Notes: a model not told the origin generated them from the sequence alone. A stretch of 64,000 bases of DNA from Octopus sinensis (GCF_006345805.1 NW_021833429.1:1-64000), one strand, 5' to 3'; shown: positions 1 to 13,249, counted from the stretch's first letter. Numbers and translations are program-made.

Positions 1-101
1 TCCACATACGGTCCATAGATTCTCTAATTTCCGCGTTGTGAGGGGGAAATAGGAGTGATGGAAGGGGAAACGTAGAGCGGGAACAGAGACTTGGAGAGAG
101 G

Positions 102-103
102 GA

Positions 104-186
<83 letters not shown>
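102..186 (+). repeat. (GAAA)n microsatellite, followed by a GA-rich low-complexity tract to about 560
   Basis: Direct reading of a perfect tetranucleotide run. Confidence 0.95.
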
Positions 187-187
<1 letters not shown>

Positions 188-1061
188 GCAAGTGGGGGAG
201 ACAGTGAGACGGAGAGAGATGTGAAGATATATTGTGGGAGAGTGATAGACATGAGTATAATGAGACACAAGGGAAGAATAAGAGGTAGAGAGAGGAGAGA
301 CTGGAAGGAGAGGATGAAAGACAGAGAGGGAGAAGTTAGAACCAGATAGACAAAGCGAGAGTGAGATACTAAATGAGGCAGAGTGGGAGGTAAAGAAGTC
401 AATGAAGTGAGATAAGTAAGAGATGGAGAGGGAGAAGAAGGGGAACAGAAGGAGAAAGATGAGAGAAGAAGAGTTAAAGAGAGATAGAGAGATAGAGAGC
501 GAATAGGCAAGAGAACTCTGAGAATAAACATAAGAATGCAAGACGCAATGTGAAAAGAGTTAAGGAGAAACATCCAGATGGAATTAGAGAAAAACCGTTT
601 ATTTCCACAGGGATTAACCTGGATTTATGCATAAAGCTGGTAAATCTTACTTTCAGTCTTGACTATTCTCCTTTTGATAATCTCTCTCTCTCTTTCTCTC
701 TCTCTCAATCTCTTTCCTTCTGTCTCTTTCTCCTGTCTTTGCCTGTGTCAGTCTGTGCGTTTCTCCCGTTGTCCCTCTTCGTCTCTCTGACCTTTTCTGT
801 TTCGTTACCAGACACACACGAGACACAGACATAATCGTTTATCTTTGTGCATAAAAGTTGCATATACAATAGGAGACGTGTAGGCATTTATATACATATA
901 GAGTCTGTCTGCATACATACATATATACATACATACATATAATATATATTATATAATATATATATAGATATATATATATATATAATGTCATATATGTGTG
1001 TGTATGCACATATATGTCAGTGTATATGTACAGTGTGTATATACATGCGTATATATACGTA

Positions 1062-1140
<79 letters not shown>

Positions 1141-1297
1141 TATATAGTTATACACCCTTTGTTTCTGAAAGCCTACGTGTGAAACATTGGAGGTCATAAA
1201 CTTTAAACCAGTACAAAATGAAACCAATAATGGAGAGATTTGGATGTTAGAGTCTCCCTCTCTCTCTCCCCCTCTCTCTCTCTCCCTATCTCTCTCC

Positions 1298-1329
<32 letters not shown>

Positions 1330-1498
1330 GTGTTTCATCTTCAGATGAAGATGTAGCCAAGTTTATTCCACCTCCTTGATGCAGGAGTTGTCTTAAAGAA
1401 TAACCAGACTCTCGTTTACAAACGTTCGAGTACGAATACAGATATGCACATATACATGTGTGTACGTAGGTGCAGCTATATGGTAGACAGATAGATAA

Positions 1499-1555
<57 letters not shown>

Positions 1556-1908
1556 TATAGATAGACAGATAGATAATCGGAATACATCTCAATGCAAGCA
1601 ACGCTTTATGTAACAGGAAGCCGGCACAACTTAGAAAATAGAATGGAGTTCCACATCAAGGCAGATGTCCAAGACTGAGATAGTTACATCGAAGCTATTA
1701 ATAAGCATATTTATTATACATCGGACTCATATATTGAGTTCATAGAAACACGGGTTCGATTCCATCTCCCAGTTTGGCACAAAGCATAAGCTGATACATT
1801 TTTTCTTGTTCCTTGATCAGCAATTTAAAAAGACATAGTACAGTTACTCGTACATATAAATCTGTTAAATATGATGCTAAAACACGGATCACATACACAC
1901 ACACACAT

Positions 1909-2029
<121 letters not shown>

Positions 2030-2073
2030 GTATGTATCGATAGGGTTCCGTTAAATGAAAAAATTATATAGAT

Positions 2074-2250
2074 CAGTGGTTCCCTAACTTGGGTCCGCAA
2101 GGTAGTACTGGGGGTCTATGAACGAAATCCAAATCGAAACCACAATCTTACGATCATGATGCTGACACCCTAACCACTAAGCCACGCACCTCCACACACG
2201 CACACACACCATATATATGTATATATATATCTATATATATATGTATATAT

Positions 2251-2304
<54 letters not shown>

Positions 2305-2381
2305 AGGATAGCATATTAAAAGGGGTCCGTGGGAAAACTCATTTAAATAAAAGGGTCGGGAACCCCTGCTGGGAACCACTG
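2074..2381. mobile_element. hAT (Charlie-like) non-autonomous MITE, interrupted by a SINE head and a TA microsatellite
   Basis: TIRs CAGTGGTTCCC (2074) and GGGAACCACTG (ends 2381). The 8-bp flanks ATATAGAT/ATCTAGAT (7/8 identical) fit the NTCTAGAN-type hAT TSD. Related pieces at about 7140-7415 (reverse) and 43552-43637. Confidence 0.75.
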
Positions 2382-2832
2382 ATCTAGATCTATACAATGT
2401 AAAAGTAACGCAGAGCGTCGGCTCAGTTGCACTTCTGAATTCCATGTCCCATTTTGATAACAATATATAAATATTGAGATTATTTGTCAAATATTATTAA
2501 ATCTTTCCTTTTTCATTCCCATTTAGCCTAAATTTACATTTATTTGATGTTTTTAATGCTATTTCACATTTATTTACAAATTGTTTTTCATTGTTTGCTT
2601 GTTCGCTTACAATAATCCCTCATTGTCATTATATTGTTATTATTATTATTATTATTGTTAGGGTAATTCTTGTATTTTTTCCCCTTGTTTGGGCGGTAGG
2701 CGAGATGGGAGGGAGCTAAAGGATGCTTCAATATATAATATTTGATGCTTAATGTTGTGGTTTTTATTAAGAACATTTTCTACATGAAATTAAACTCTCT
2801 TTAGAATCTGCTCAGTTTTTCTGGAAATTTTT

Positions 2833-2889
<57 letters not shown>

Positions 2890-3157
2890 GTCCTTCTTAT
2901 TCTCTTCCCTCCCTCCCTCTCTCCTTCTCTCTCACTCTTGCTCTCTCTTCCTATTAAAGTGTGTGATTAAACCCAACCTCGTCACCCATAATTCAGCTTA
3001 AAGATTTACTCTTTTCTTTATTTCTTTTAGTCACCATTTCTTTTTACCTTTTCCTCATCTTCCTTTTCGATTTCCTTAATCATTTTCGCCTTTCTTCTTC
3101 ATCGTTATTATCATCTTTTTCCTTTTTCTACTAATTATAATAATCATGTTATTATTA

Positions 3158-3204
<47 letters not shown>

Positions 3205-3209
<5 letters not shown>

Positions 3210-3422
3210 AGCAGCAACTTGGAAGAACGGTTAGCACATTGGACAACATGATAAGCAGCATCTATTCTGACTCTTAACGCTGTGAGTTCAAATTCCACCG
3301 AAGTCGACTTATCCCTTCCTCCTTTCGTGGTCGATACATTGAATACCAGTTGCGTACTGGGTCGATCTAATCGACTGGGCCCCTCCCCACAAAATCCAGG
3401 CCTTGTGCCTATTGTAGGAAGG

Positions 3423-3425
<3 letters not shown>
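3205..3425 (+). mobile_element. tRNA-derived SINE, family B (Nin/Deu-like central domain), degenerate
   Basis: GAGTTCAAATTCC B-box followed by GTCGACTT...CCTTTCG..GTCGATA..TACCAGTT, as in the other family B copies. Flanked by (ATT)n. Confidence 0.75.
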
Positions 3426-3470
<45 letters not shown>

Positions 3471-4019
3471 TCTTACTTTAGTTTTCTATCTTCAGACTTT
3501 TACACACAGAAACATACGCAAACCATTTGTAGTTACACATTCTCCCTGACTCATCTGTCGCCCTTGTGGCAAATAAAGGAATTAATATCATTGATGTTGT
3601 TATTATTGTTGTTGCTGCGGTTGTTGAGAGATTCTAATCAGATCAGAGGTGTTCGAGGCAACCGTAGCTTTCTCGATATTCTGTACATCAGTTTCTACAT
3701 AGTCCAAAACGTCCTTCCTTATACCCAGACTGGTTAGTATGTAAACTGAAGGCAGACGCTTCTATTTCTAACAGATCTAGTGAGCAACCATATGAGGCTG
3801 CTCTGTAACCCAATACTAGTAGCAATAGTATGTTACAAACTATTGTGTGTGTGAGAGCATGTGTGTCTGTGTATACACACAAGACACACATACACATACT
3901 AAAGACAGAATGAGATAAAAATAAAATAAATAAAATAAATATATTTTATATACGTGTACAAAGTTAACATACAAATCCATATAGACACATACACGACACT
4001 CATGCTAAACACATGAACT

Positions 4020-4200
4020 TCACAAACTGTTACTCAGAGTTTCACATAACCGTTCATCAGACAGTTTTAATAATACAGATTACTAAAGACTTTCTGTTGA
4101 TTGTGATACTCTGAGTAACAGTTTTTTCTCAGCTTTAATAAAACAATATTTTGCTCCACCTTTGGTATTCGAGTACTATTTCCACCACTTTGCGTAACAG
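4020..4200. mobile_element. Penelope-like terminal-repeat remnant with partial inverted duplication
   Basis: The hammerhead arm is followed by an inverted, degenerate copy (ACTCTGAGTAACAG at about 4108-4121). The downstream GGTATTCGAGT.CTATTT..CCAC segment is shared with 28510-28710. The Penelope assignment is inference from known PLE-hammerhead associations. Confidence 0.55.
4024..4067 (-). ncRNA. Minimal type I hammerhead ribozyme motif (canonical core)
   Basis: Minus strand reads aaactgt-CTGATGA-ACG gtta TGT-GAAA-CTC t GAG-TA-acagttt. It has a 7-bp stem I, an intact CUGAUGA/GAAA core, a 3-bp stem II, a near-palindromic stem III and a GUA cleavage triplet (cut between 4031 and 4030). Confidence 0.85.
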
Positions 4201-4959
4201 CTATGTGTTATTGGTAGTATTTGCGGTTGTAGTGGTTATATTGGTTGTGGTGGTGGTGGTGGTGGTGGTGGTGGTGGTGGAGGTAGTCATTGTGGTAGTG
4301 TTGGTGTTGGTGTTGGAGGTAGTCATTGTGGTAGTGGTGGTGGTGGAGTGGTTATAGTGATAGTTATTGTGTTGATAGCAGCGGTTATAGTGAACTGTAG
4401 TTACTGCAGTAGTGTTGATGGAAGCTATTGTGATGGTGTTGGTGGAAGTGGTAGTTAATGCGGTGGTGGTTATTATCGTGACGGCAGTGGAGATGGTGGT
4501 AAAACTGAATAAGCGGGTGGGGGAAGATTCATTTCAAGACGTCTTGAAACGAAAACAAAGAAACATTCCTAAAAGCCGGAACAATGGCAACAACAACAAC
4601 AATTTTAATAACTGCAATAAATAAATAAATGAATGAAGGAGAGTAAGGAAATGGTAAAGAGAGAATCTGGGTGCGGCGCGTTTAAAGTTGAGATATTTCT
4701 TGAAGTATTTGTTATTGGTGAGTGATTTAGATGAGGGGAGGGGAGGGGGGGAAGGTGGTAGTGGGAGGGGAAATGGTGTTTGGATTAGAGTTACGGTGTA
4801 AGGAAGATAATAGAAGAGGTGAGGGAGAGGAAGGTGTGTTAAAGTAAAACAGACAGGTTGGTGGGCAGAAGGGGTGAGACAAGGAGAGACGGGGAAAGTG
4901 GTACAGAGATACAGGGAGAGAGAGAGAGATGGAGAGAGATGCACAGGGAAAGATGAGGA

Positions 4960-5420
4960 AAGATGCTAGAGGAGACAGAAAGAGAGAGAGCACTGAGAAA
5001 CAGAGAATCGCATACAAAGAGAGAGAGACGGAGACAGCGTGGCGGGGAGAGACGCAAAGTGAGAGAGAGAGAGAGCACTAGGAAACAGAGTCGCACAAGG
5101 AGAGAGAGAAGGAGGCAGGGAGACGGGGAGAGATGCAAAGCGAGAGCGAGAGAGGGAGAGCACTGGGAAACAGAGAGACTCACACAAGGAGAGAGAGAGA
5201 CGGAGGCAGAGTGACGGGGAGAGATGCAAAGCGAGAGAGAGAGCGAGAGCACTGGGAAACAGAGAGACTCACACAAGGAGAGAGAGGAGAGAGAGAGAGA
5301 TACAGGGCGACAAACGAATAGAGAGACGGACTGAAAGATGGAGAGAGAGGAAGACAGGGAATGCCGCGCCGAGAGACGAGGAGAAACAGGCAAGGGGGCG
5401 GGCAGGAAGACGAGGATAAC
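4960..5420 (+). repeat. GA-rich minisatellite, about 87-90 bp unit, about 4 copies
   Basis: GAGCACT(G/A)GGAAACAGAG...CACAAGGAGAG...GACGGGGAGAGATGCAAAGCG recurs at about 4988, 5073, 5158 and 5247. A related block lies at about 6380-6560. Confidence 0.8.
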
Positions 5421-5624
5421 GACGGGCAGCGATATAGAGACAGACAGACAGGCAGACAGAGGATGGAATATGGACTGACAGATTATCAAGTGATTTAGTT
5501 CGGGAGTTTGAGCGGGTCATGAATTGATGTAAATCAAAGGAGACAATAAAACACACATTTTCATCTGAGGGTGAAGATTCTATCTTCAACTGTATGTGTC
5601 TCTCCAAAGCCATTATTAAAGAGA

Positions 5625-5798
5625 GGCACGGGCGTGGCTGTGTGGTAAGAAGTTTGCTTCCCAGTCACATGGTTCCGTGTTCGGTCCCACTGCGCGGCAC
5701 CTTGGGCAAATGTCTTCTACTATTGCTTCGGGCCGACCAAAGCCTTGTGAGTGGATTAGGTAGATGGAAACTGAAAGAAGACCGTCGTATATATATAC

Positions 5799-5839
<41 letters not shown>

Positions 5840-6030
5840 TCCCCGGCTTAACAACCGATGTTGGTGCATTTACGTCCCTGCGACCTAGCGGTTAGGTAAA
5901 AGAAACCGATAGAATAAATACTAGGCTTACAAAGAATAAGTCCTGGAGTCGATTTGTTCGACTAAAGGCAGTGCTCCAGCATGGCCGCAGGTAAATGCCT
6001 GAAACGTGTCAAAAAAGTACAAGAGTAAAC
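5625..6030 (+). mobile_element. tRNA-derived SINE, family A (octopus OK/OR-type), full length
   Basis: Head GGCGTGGCTGTGTGGTAAGAAG (A box) and GGTTCCGTGTTCGGTCCC (B box), body CACCTTGGGCAA, internal TA/TG microsatellite, tail GGTGCTCCAGCATGGCCGCAG..TGAAAC. Exact family name not verified. Confidence 0.85.
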
Positions 6031-6307
6031 TCTGAGTACATGAAGATGGATATCCGTCGATATCAACGATGAGCTTTCCTTTGCTAATGGGAATGTTGTT
6101 GATTGTTCCATAGATGTATGGCATTTAAAGAAATCCTTGAGTAGAGTCCATGTGACACCGTGTGAGCAAGGCTGCATCTTGAAATAACAGGTGCAATCCC
6201 TTCGATAGGCTTCCACGTAGTTTCCCTCTACACAATTTTCACTCACAAGGCTTGGGTTAACCTGAGGTCATGGTAAGAAGATTATCAGTGAAATCGAACC
6301 CGGAACC

Positions 6308-6349
<42 letters not shown>

Positions 6350-6584
6350 GAGATAGGGAGAGAGAGGGGGGAGATAAGAGAGAGAGAGAGAGAAAGAGAC
6401 GGAGGCAGGGAGACGGGGAGAGACACAAAGCGAGAGAGACACAAAGCGAGAGAGACGGAGGCAGGAAGACACAGAGCGAGAGAGAGGGGGGAGGGAGGGA
6501 GGGATATAGGGAGACAAACGAATAGAGAGACAGAGAGAGGCGGACAGAAAGATGGAGCGATCTTTTAACTTTGGCATGTTTTTT

Positions 6585-6990
6585 TCTCTTTTATCTTGTT
6601 TCAGTCATTAGACTGCGGCCATGCTGGGGCACCGCCTTGAAGAAGTTTTAGTCAAATGAATCGATCTCTGTACTTGTTTGTTTATTTATTTATTGTTAAG
6701 CCTGATACTTATTCTATCGGTCGTAATTGCTGAACCGTTTAGCTACGGGAACATAAACACACCAGGATCGGTTGTCAAGCGGTGGTGGGGGAGAAACACA
6801 GGCACAGACAAATACGCACACACACACGCATCTATACATGTCCTATAACTTAGCAGCTCGACAAAAGAGACCGATAGAATAAGCACCAGGCTTTAAAAAA
6901 AAAGGACTGGGGTCGATTCATTTGACTAAAAAATTCTTGAACGCAGTGCCGTAGCATGGCCACAGTCTAATGGCTGAAACCAGCGAAAGA
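6585..6990. mobile_element. Two family A SINE 3' halves in opposite orientation (minus 6585-6810, plus 6838-6990)
   Basis: TTTCAGTCATTAGACTGCGGCCATGCTGGGGCACCGCC is the reverse tail. GATAGAATAAGCACCAGGC...GCATGGCCACAGTCTAATGGCTGAAAC is the forward tail. Confidence 0.8.
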
Positions 6991-8002
6991 TACTGCAGAT
7001 GTCGATTTTTCACAGTGACTCAGTTGTGATTGAACGGAGGTAGAATGAGACCAGCCAACTCTGAACAGCAGAGGCCATTAGTGTAGTGGTTGAAGGGGCC
7101 ATGAGAGGATACGGCACGGTTGTAGGCAAGAGGCCAGAACAGTGCTTCCCGATCTTTTCACAGTGGCTCCCAACCCTTTAATTTAAATGAGTTTTCCGAC
7201 AGATGCCTTTTAATATGCTTATCATTATATATGTGTGTGTGTGGTGTAAAGAGATAGACAGACAGACAGACAGATAGATAGACGGACACACACACATACA
7301 CACATACATGCACACACACACACACACACATACACATATATATATAGGTAGATAGATGGATAGGTGAAATTTTGAATTTAGTACTACGTTTGCGGACCCC
7401 AGGTGGGTAGCCAGTGGGCTAGAATTTGGCCGTGAGGGATGGTTTTTATCCTACTCGCTACCCTAGATGGGATATATCTACTATGTCAGTGTGTACAGCA
7501 GCATCCCTTTCTTAGATATGAGAGCAATAGTCCATTTTGGATCTCATCGGAGAATTGTAGAGTGTTAACAATTCTTAGGGAGTGAAATATTTCTGACCCC
7601 AGAGAGAAGGTATTAACAAACTGACCCAAAGAATAGGTGTCACGAGTCTGGCAGAAAAAGAATGGATTGGAAGATTCCATTCTTTTTTATCTTTTTTCTT
7701 GTCTCAGGTATTAGACTGCAGTCATTCTGGGACACTTCCTTGAAGAATTTTTAGTCCAACGAATCAACTCCAGTATTTTGTCTGCTACTTATTTTATCGA
7801 TCCCTTTTGCCGAACCACTAGGTTAAGGTAACGTAAACACACCAACACAGGTTGTCAAGTGCGGTGGTGGGGGTCAAAGACACTCATAAACACACACACA
7901 CACACAAATATATATAGTTGGAACTTATAGAAAAACATAAGACGAAGACAGATGTATGAACAACAAGTAAGTGTATTAGTTTCACGCTCTGGAAAAAAAA
8001 AG

Positions 8003-8040
8003 TCTTTTACGTTTCGAGCCTACGCTCTTCAACAGATAGG
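8003..8040 (-). ncRNA. Minimal hammerhead variant, copy 1 (weak stem I)
   Basis: Minus strand reads cctat-CTGTTGA-a-GAGC gtag GCTC-GAAA-CG-TA-aaaga. Stem I has two mismatches. Confidence 0.6.
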
Positions 8041-8205
8041 AATAAGAGAAAATAAACAGAGAAAGAAGGAAAAATGTATAGAGTTATTTATACATATATA
8101 TATAAATATATAGAAAGGGAAAGTTTACGAAAATAAACAAAAGACGAAGGCAGGTGGAGTACAAACAAACAAATGTATTAGTATAGCGTTCAGGAATAGA
8201 AAAAG

Positions 8206-8243
8206 TCTTTTACGTTTCGAGCCTACGCTCTTCGACAGAAAGA
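8206..8243 (-). ncRNA. Minimal hammerhead variant, copy 2 (A6U core, palindromic stem III)
   Basis: Minus strand reads tcttt-CTGTCGA-a-GAGC gtag GCTC-GAAA-CG-TA-aaaga. It has a perfect 5-bp stem I, a 4-bp stem II, the ACGT palindrome in place of a stem III loop, and a GUA triplet. Confidence 0.75.
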
Positions 8244-9143
8244 TGCACAGAAAAAAACAAGAAAAACAAGGAGAGAAAAAAATGCGTGTAGTAGCTAACG
8301 ATCTATCATGGCGTCCTATATATATATACACGACGAGCTTCTCTTAGTTTCCATTTACCAAATTCACACACAAGTCTTTGGTCGACCAATAGCTATAGTA
8401 GAAGACACTCACCCAAGGTGCCACACCGTGGAACTGAAATTGGAACCATGTGGTTGGAAACCAAACTTCTTACCACACAGCCACACGTGCGCCTTTGGAC
8501 AGTATGCAATCATTTGAGGCATATTTGGTATCTCTTTCTAGCAGGCGGTCCTGTTTGCCTTCGTAAAACAATCAGGTGATTCGATGATTGCTAGAAAATT
8601 CTCTGAAGTTCTCAAAAGAATTTACACTGAGAACTTGTCACATTTTGGTGATTTTGAAAGCGGGAATATATTTGTATGTATGTTTGTGTGATTGATGCAC
8701 ACGGATGTGCAGATGGCAACGGCAGCAATGCATTCGGTCTCAGCTGGTATCGTTACCAATATTACACTTTCGAGTGTTTTACTGCTTTCTTTAATATTTC
8801 TGTCTGCATGTTCGTGTACTTCAGGGTGGTGGGTGTATGGTGTGTATGTGTGTGTGTGTGTGTGTGTAGGGAAGCAGGAGTGGGGGAGGAGGGTTTTTTA
8901 TGTGTTAATATGTGTGTGAAGCACTGCAATTCATCTATGTGCTTCACAATGTGTTCTGTGTGTTTGTGTGTGTATGCGCGCATGTTTGTGCGTTCACAAA
9001 AGTGTGTGTGTGTGTGTTAATTTTCGAGTCTGCGAGCGAGCTTCAGTTTCTTTTTATAAATGCATTTGACACACGAACATCTAGCTGTATAGATATCCTT
9101 ACTAGAGGTATATAAAAGAGAATATAGACAGACAGACAGACAA

Positions 9144-9174
<31 letters not shown>

Positions 9175-9277
9175 TAGATAGATAGATAGATAGATAGAGA
9201 GAAGTAGATGGAGATAGATAGACATACAGATGCATAGATAGAAAGATAGATAAACAAGCAAATAGATAGACAGATAT

Positions 9278-9412
9278 AGGTGTAAGGAGTCTGCTTGCCA
9301 ACCACATGGTTCCGGGTTCTGTTCCTCTGCGTGTGTGTCTTCTACTATAGCCCCTAGCTGAGCAAAGCTTTTTGAGTGGATTTAGTTGACAAAAACTGAA
9401 AGAAACCCGTCA

Positions 9413-9443
<31 letters not shown>

Positions 9444-9670
9444 GCAAACGCACATATATAGGTTTGTGTGTGTGTGAGTGACTCTCTGTGTTTGTCGCTT
9501 AATAACCTGTTGTGTTTACGTCTCCGTAACTTAACGGTTCAGCAAAAGGAAACCTATGGAATATGAACCAGGCTTAAGATGAAAATAAGTCGATTCTTTC
9601 TACTAAAATTCTCCCCAAGAAGATGCCCCAGCATGGCCGAAACCGAATGGCTAAAACGAGTAGAAAAGAT
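9278..9670 (+). mobile_element. Family A SINE
   Basis: CTTGCCAACCACATGGTTCCGGGTTC head, ACTGAAAGAAACCCGTC body, GATGCCCCAGCATGGCC tail. Confidence 0.8.
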
Positions 9671-9676
9671 ATATAC

Positions 9677-9726
<50 letters not shown>

Positions 9727-10183
9727 TACGTGTGTGTGAACCCAGTAAGCTATAGATATTGAGATGTTATCACTCATATATGCATATACGTTCATAAATA
9801 TGATGACGCAGACACACAGACAGACTGACGGATAGATTGATTGATGGACAAGCAAACAGACGGATGGATGGACGGACAGACAGATAGACAGACATATAGG
9901 CATATTATCTTTAATAGTGAGCTCATAGGAGGAAGCGATGTACTGAAGACATTTCTTAGGGGACTCTGAAGTTGGCGGGAGGAGGGAGCGAAAGATGTAG
10001 GGCGGGAGGGCCAAAGACCTCATCAACCTGAAGACCTGACTAACAAGTTTGCAGCATTTCGCATTCCACCAAAGGAACTTAGGGGCCAGCATACACACAC
10101 ACACGCGCCACCCACCACACACACACATATATACATATGTGTGTCGTGGATGCAGACAACGCATACATACATACATACATACA

Positions 10184-10285
<102 letters not shown>

Positions 10286-10732
10286 GATGTGAAAGAGTGT
10301 GAAAGAATAAACGGTGAATCAGAGAAAATATGGCGGTCGAATACGAGAAACGTATCTCATTTTCTTACATACCTATCATTCTCCATATTTGCAACGCTTG
10401 TCTATTAAACTCTGCCGTCGCCGCCCTCGTTTCGCTCCTAACAACGATAGCAACCCTAACACCGCCGTCGCTGCCCCGCCGCCCCGCACCGACGCCACAA
10501 CTGCCACCGCCTACGTTTTCATTGCCATCGTTAGCCTCTTTAACAACCCGATTCCCCATTTTATTTCGTTTGCTTCTAGGATTTTCCTTCTCACAACGCT
10601 ATAGTGTTCGGAGACTGTGTAGTCTTAATTGTATGTATGTGTGTGTGTATACACAGACACACACACTCACGTAGATATGTGTCTATGTATGTGTATGCGT
10701 ATACACACACACACACGCGCACACACACACAC

Positions 10733-10776
<44 letters not shown>

Positions 10777-10825
10777 TACTTAGATGTAAGTATTTTGTAT
10801 ATGTGTGTATATATATGTACATACA

Positions 10826-10986
10826 CACGAGGAATCTTTCAGTTTCCGCCTACTAAATCCACTCACAAGGCTTTGGTCGGCACGAGGCTATAGTAGAAGA
10901 CACTTACCTAAGGTGCCACGCAGTGGGACTGAACCCGGGACCATGTGGCTGGTAAGCAAGCTACTTACCACACAACCACGCCTGCG

Positions 10987-10990
<4 letters not shown>
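10826..10990 (-). mobile_element. Family A SINE 5' half
   Basis: Reverse complement of the head: GTGGGACTGAACCCGGGACCATGTGG...ACCACACAACCACGCCTGCGCC. Confidence 0.85.
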
Positions 10991-11028
<38 letters not shown>

Positions 11029-11294
11029 GCCAGACCCAATTCTGCTTGTCTCCATCACTACCTTCATATCATCTCGCCATGGATTTCTCTTTTAGCTTTT
11101 CTTAACGCCTTGGACCTAGTCTTGGATGAAGAATTCGCTCTTTTAATTTCAAATTCATTTACGATCTACTACGTGCTTTCTATACTGAGTATATCTAGCT
11201 CTCAGCTATTTTCTGTACACACACACACACACACACATACACACATACACACATAAGCGTTAGGCGTCTTTGAAACCAGCGTGGAAGGCCGCTA

Positions 11295-11710
11295 TGTGGT
11301 CGTTCAACATGCTAGAAATAACAATCAAATGCTCTTCAAATATTACCCAAATATTTTAAATTTCAAAAAAATGAAACACGTTAATGTACTCAGTCCTTCA
11401 TACTTTTATACAGACATGATGGTCACAGCTGGAGTACCTTTGAGCTAGGTTTGCTTATTGAAAACTGAAGTGGTGCTTAGAAAAGTGAACGAAAAACCGA
11501 GATTCCATAGCAAAAACAGTTGCTAGAAAAAGCAGTCAAGTAACCTTTAAAGCGCACCTAAATGTCTTAAGAATAGACCTAACTCAAACATTTTAATCAG
11601 TTCTGTGTCTCTTTATAAAGAAGGGTCGATCGTAGCTGAAATATCTTTGATCATAGGCCTGCCCAGTCGGGGGCTGGCGACCTTTTGCTAAATAACAGCA
11701 ACATTAATAA
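11295..11710 (+). repeat. Family C dispersed repeat of about 200 bp, two tandem units
   Basis: TGCTAGAAATAAC/AAAAGCAG..CAAAT...ATGGTCACAGCTGGA...CTTTGA...GG(G)CT..AA(C/T)AAC motif order. Also present at about 15.0-15.2, 18.0-18.65, 61.3-61.9 and 63.3-63.7 kb. Confidence 0.65.
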
Positions 11711-13071
11711 CAGCAACGCGAACAACAATACTATTTCGTATTGGTGTGAAACAAAACCTATAAACCAATCAGTCCCTCATCAATTGTGTATTGGATAAAA
11801 GTTAAGATTGAAGAATTAATTCCCCATAATTTGGTTGCTAATAACAGAGTCTTTGTCGAAGAGGAGGCGTAGCCATGATGTTAGCCATTTTAATATCTGA
11901 ATATTGGACTTGGCACATAGGAATTACATGTATACATGGCAATTAGATTTCATTTCCTTACTACTATTAAAGATATCGATCTTGACAATTGATTGAACAC
12001 CGAGTGGTAGATGGCGTTGGTGGTGATTGGCGATGATTGGTGGTTGGCAATGGTGGCGAGAGTGATTGATTCTTGTGAGGGCAATGATGATGGTGGTGAT
12101 GCTGGAGATGTCGATTGTTATGGCAGTGATGATGGTGGTGGAGGTGATGGTGGTGGTGGTTGTTATGAGGATGTTCATTGTGATTGTGTTGGTGATGATG
12201 ATGGTGATAGTGTTGTGACGTTTATTGCAATGTTTTCAGTGTTGGTTCTTACTGAGGTGATGATGATGATGAGAGTGGTGATTGAGATGGTGGTCAGAGT
12301 GAGTACGATGTTAATGATGCAGATGATGATTGTTGTATTGATGATCATGATGATAATTGTGCTTACGATGATGATGATGATGATGATAATAAAATAGTTC
12401 TGATTGACTAAATGCCGTTGATGGTTAATGGTTGATGATTTTTTATGTAAGCTGGCTTTTATCGTTGGTGGTGTTTAATGTCAGATGGCTGATGTTGTTA
12501 GTGGTGATGACTGGTGATAGGTGATTATTGATAAAAGATTGGTGATCGATGGCTCGTGTTGGTCGGTGGTCGATGCTTATTATTTTTACTGCTGTTGCTA
12601 ATTAACCCTAGGTGGCAGCAGTTATGTAAGTGGCGGTAGTGGAAGTGGCGGGAGAGGTGATAGTGTTTATGGTGATAAACTTCGTTATCGTCGAAATGGT
12701 GTTTCTGATCTCGCTCGGGATAGAGGGTACTTAATTTTGAGTCACAGGGGCTACATGTTGTGCCAGATAACTAAACCTTCATTTACACGCACACACAAGT
12801 TACTATTCTTTATCCTCACGCTTCAAATTCCTTTTACCCCTCCAGGTTCACTTCCGATTCACTACTTCCGTTTCCTACTTGCTACCCCTACCTTATTCTC
12901 CTGCCTTATACTTACCTTTCTCACTTAACAAATCATGTGAATGACTTGTGGCATACGTGTTGATGATGATTATGATGATGATAAAAGTGATGATGTTGAT
13001 TTATATGTGAGTCTGTGCGCGCTAGAATAGTATATTTTATACGAAACATCGTGAATTGCAATGGATATATA

Positions 13072-13116
<45 letters not shown>

Positions 13117-13249
13117 GAGCAAAAATACTGGAGATTCAGCATACACTATGTAGCAAAATTGAGTTGAAAAGATGTGGGAAACATGTTAAACGAAGGCATT
13201 TCTCTTCCACTTTTTATATAAATGTTTTCCACATATTTTCAACTATAAG

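Larger units (their letters stand above)
7685..8493 (-). mobile_element. Family A SINE, split by insertion of the hammerhead tandem element into its internal TA tract
   Basis: The reverse tail at 7685-7905 and the reverse head at 8330-8493 (ACCACACAGCCACACGTGCGCC) flank the unrelated block 7918-8316. Confidence 0.8.

Noticed and set aside
4960-5420. Regularly spaced repeats as a CRISPR-like array
   Set aside because: Whole units are repeated with no unique spacers, and the context is eukaryotic with no cas genes.
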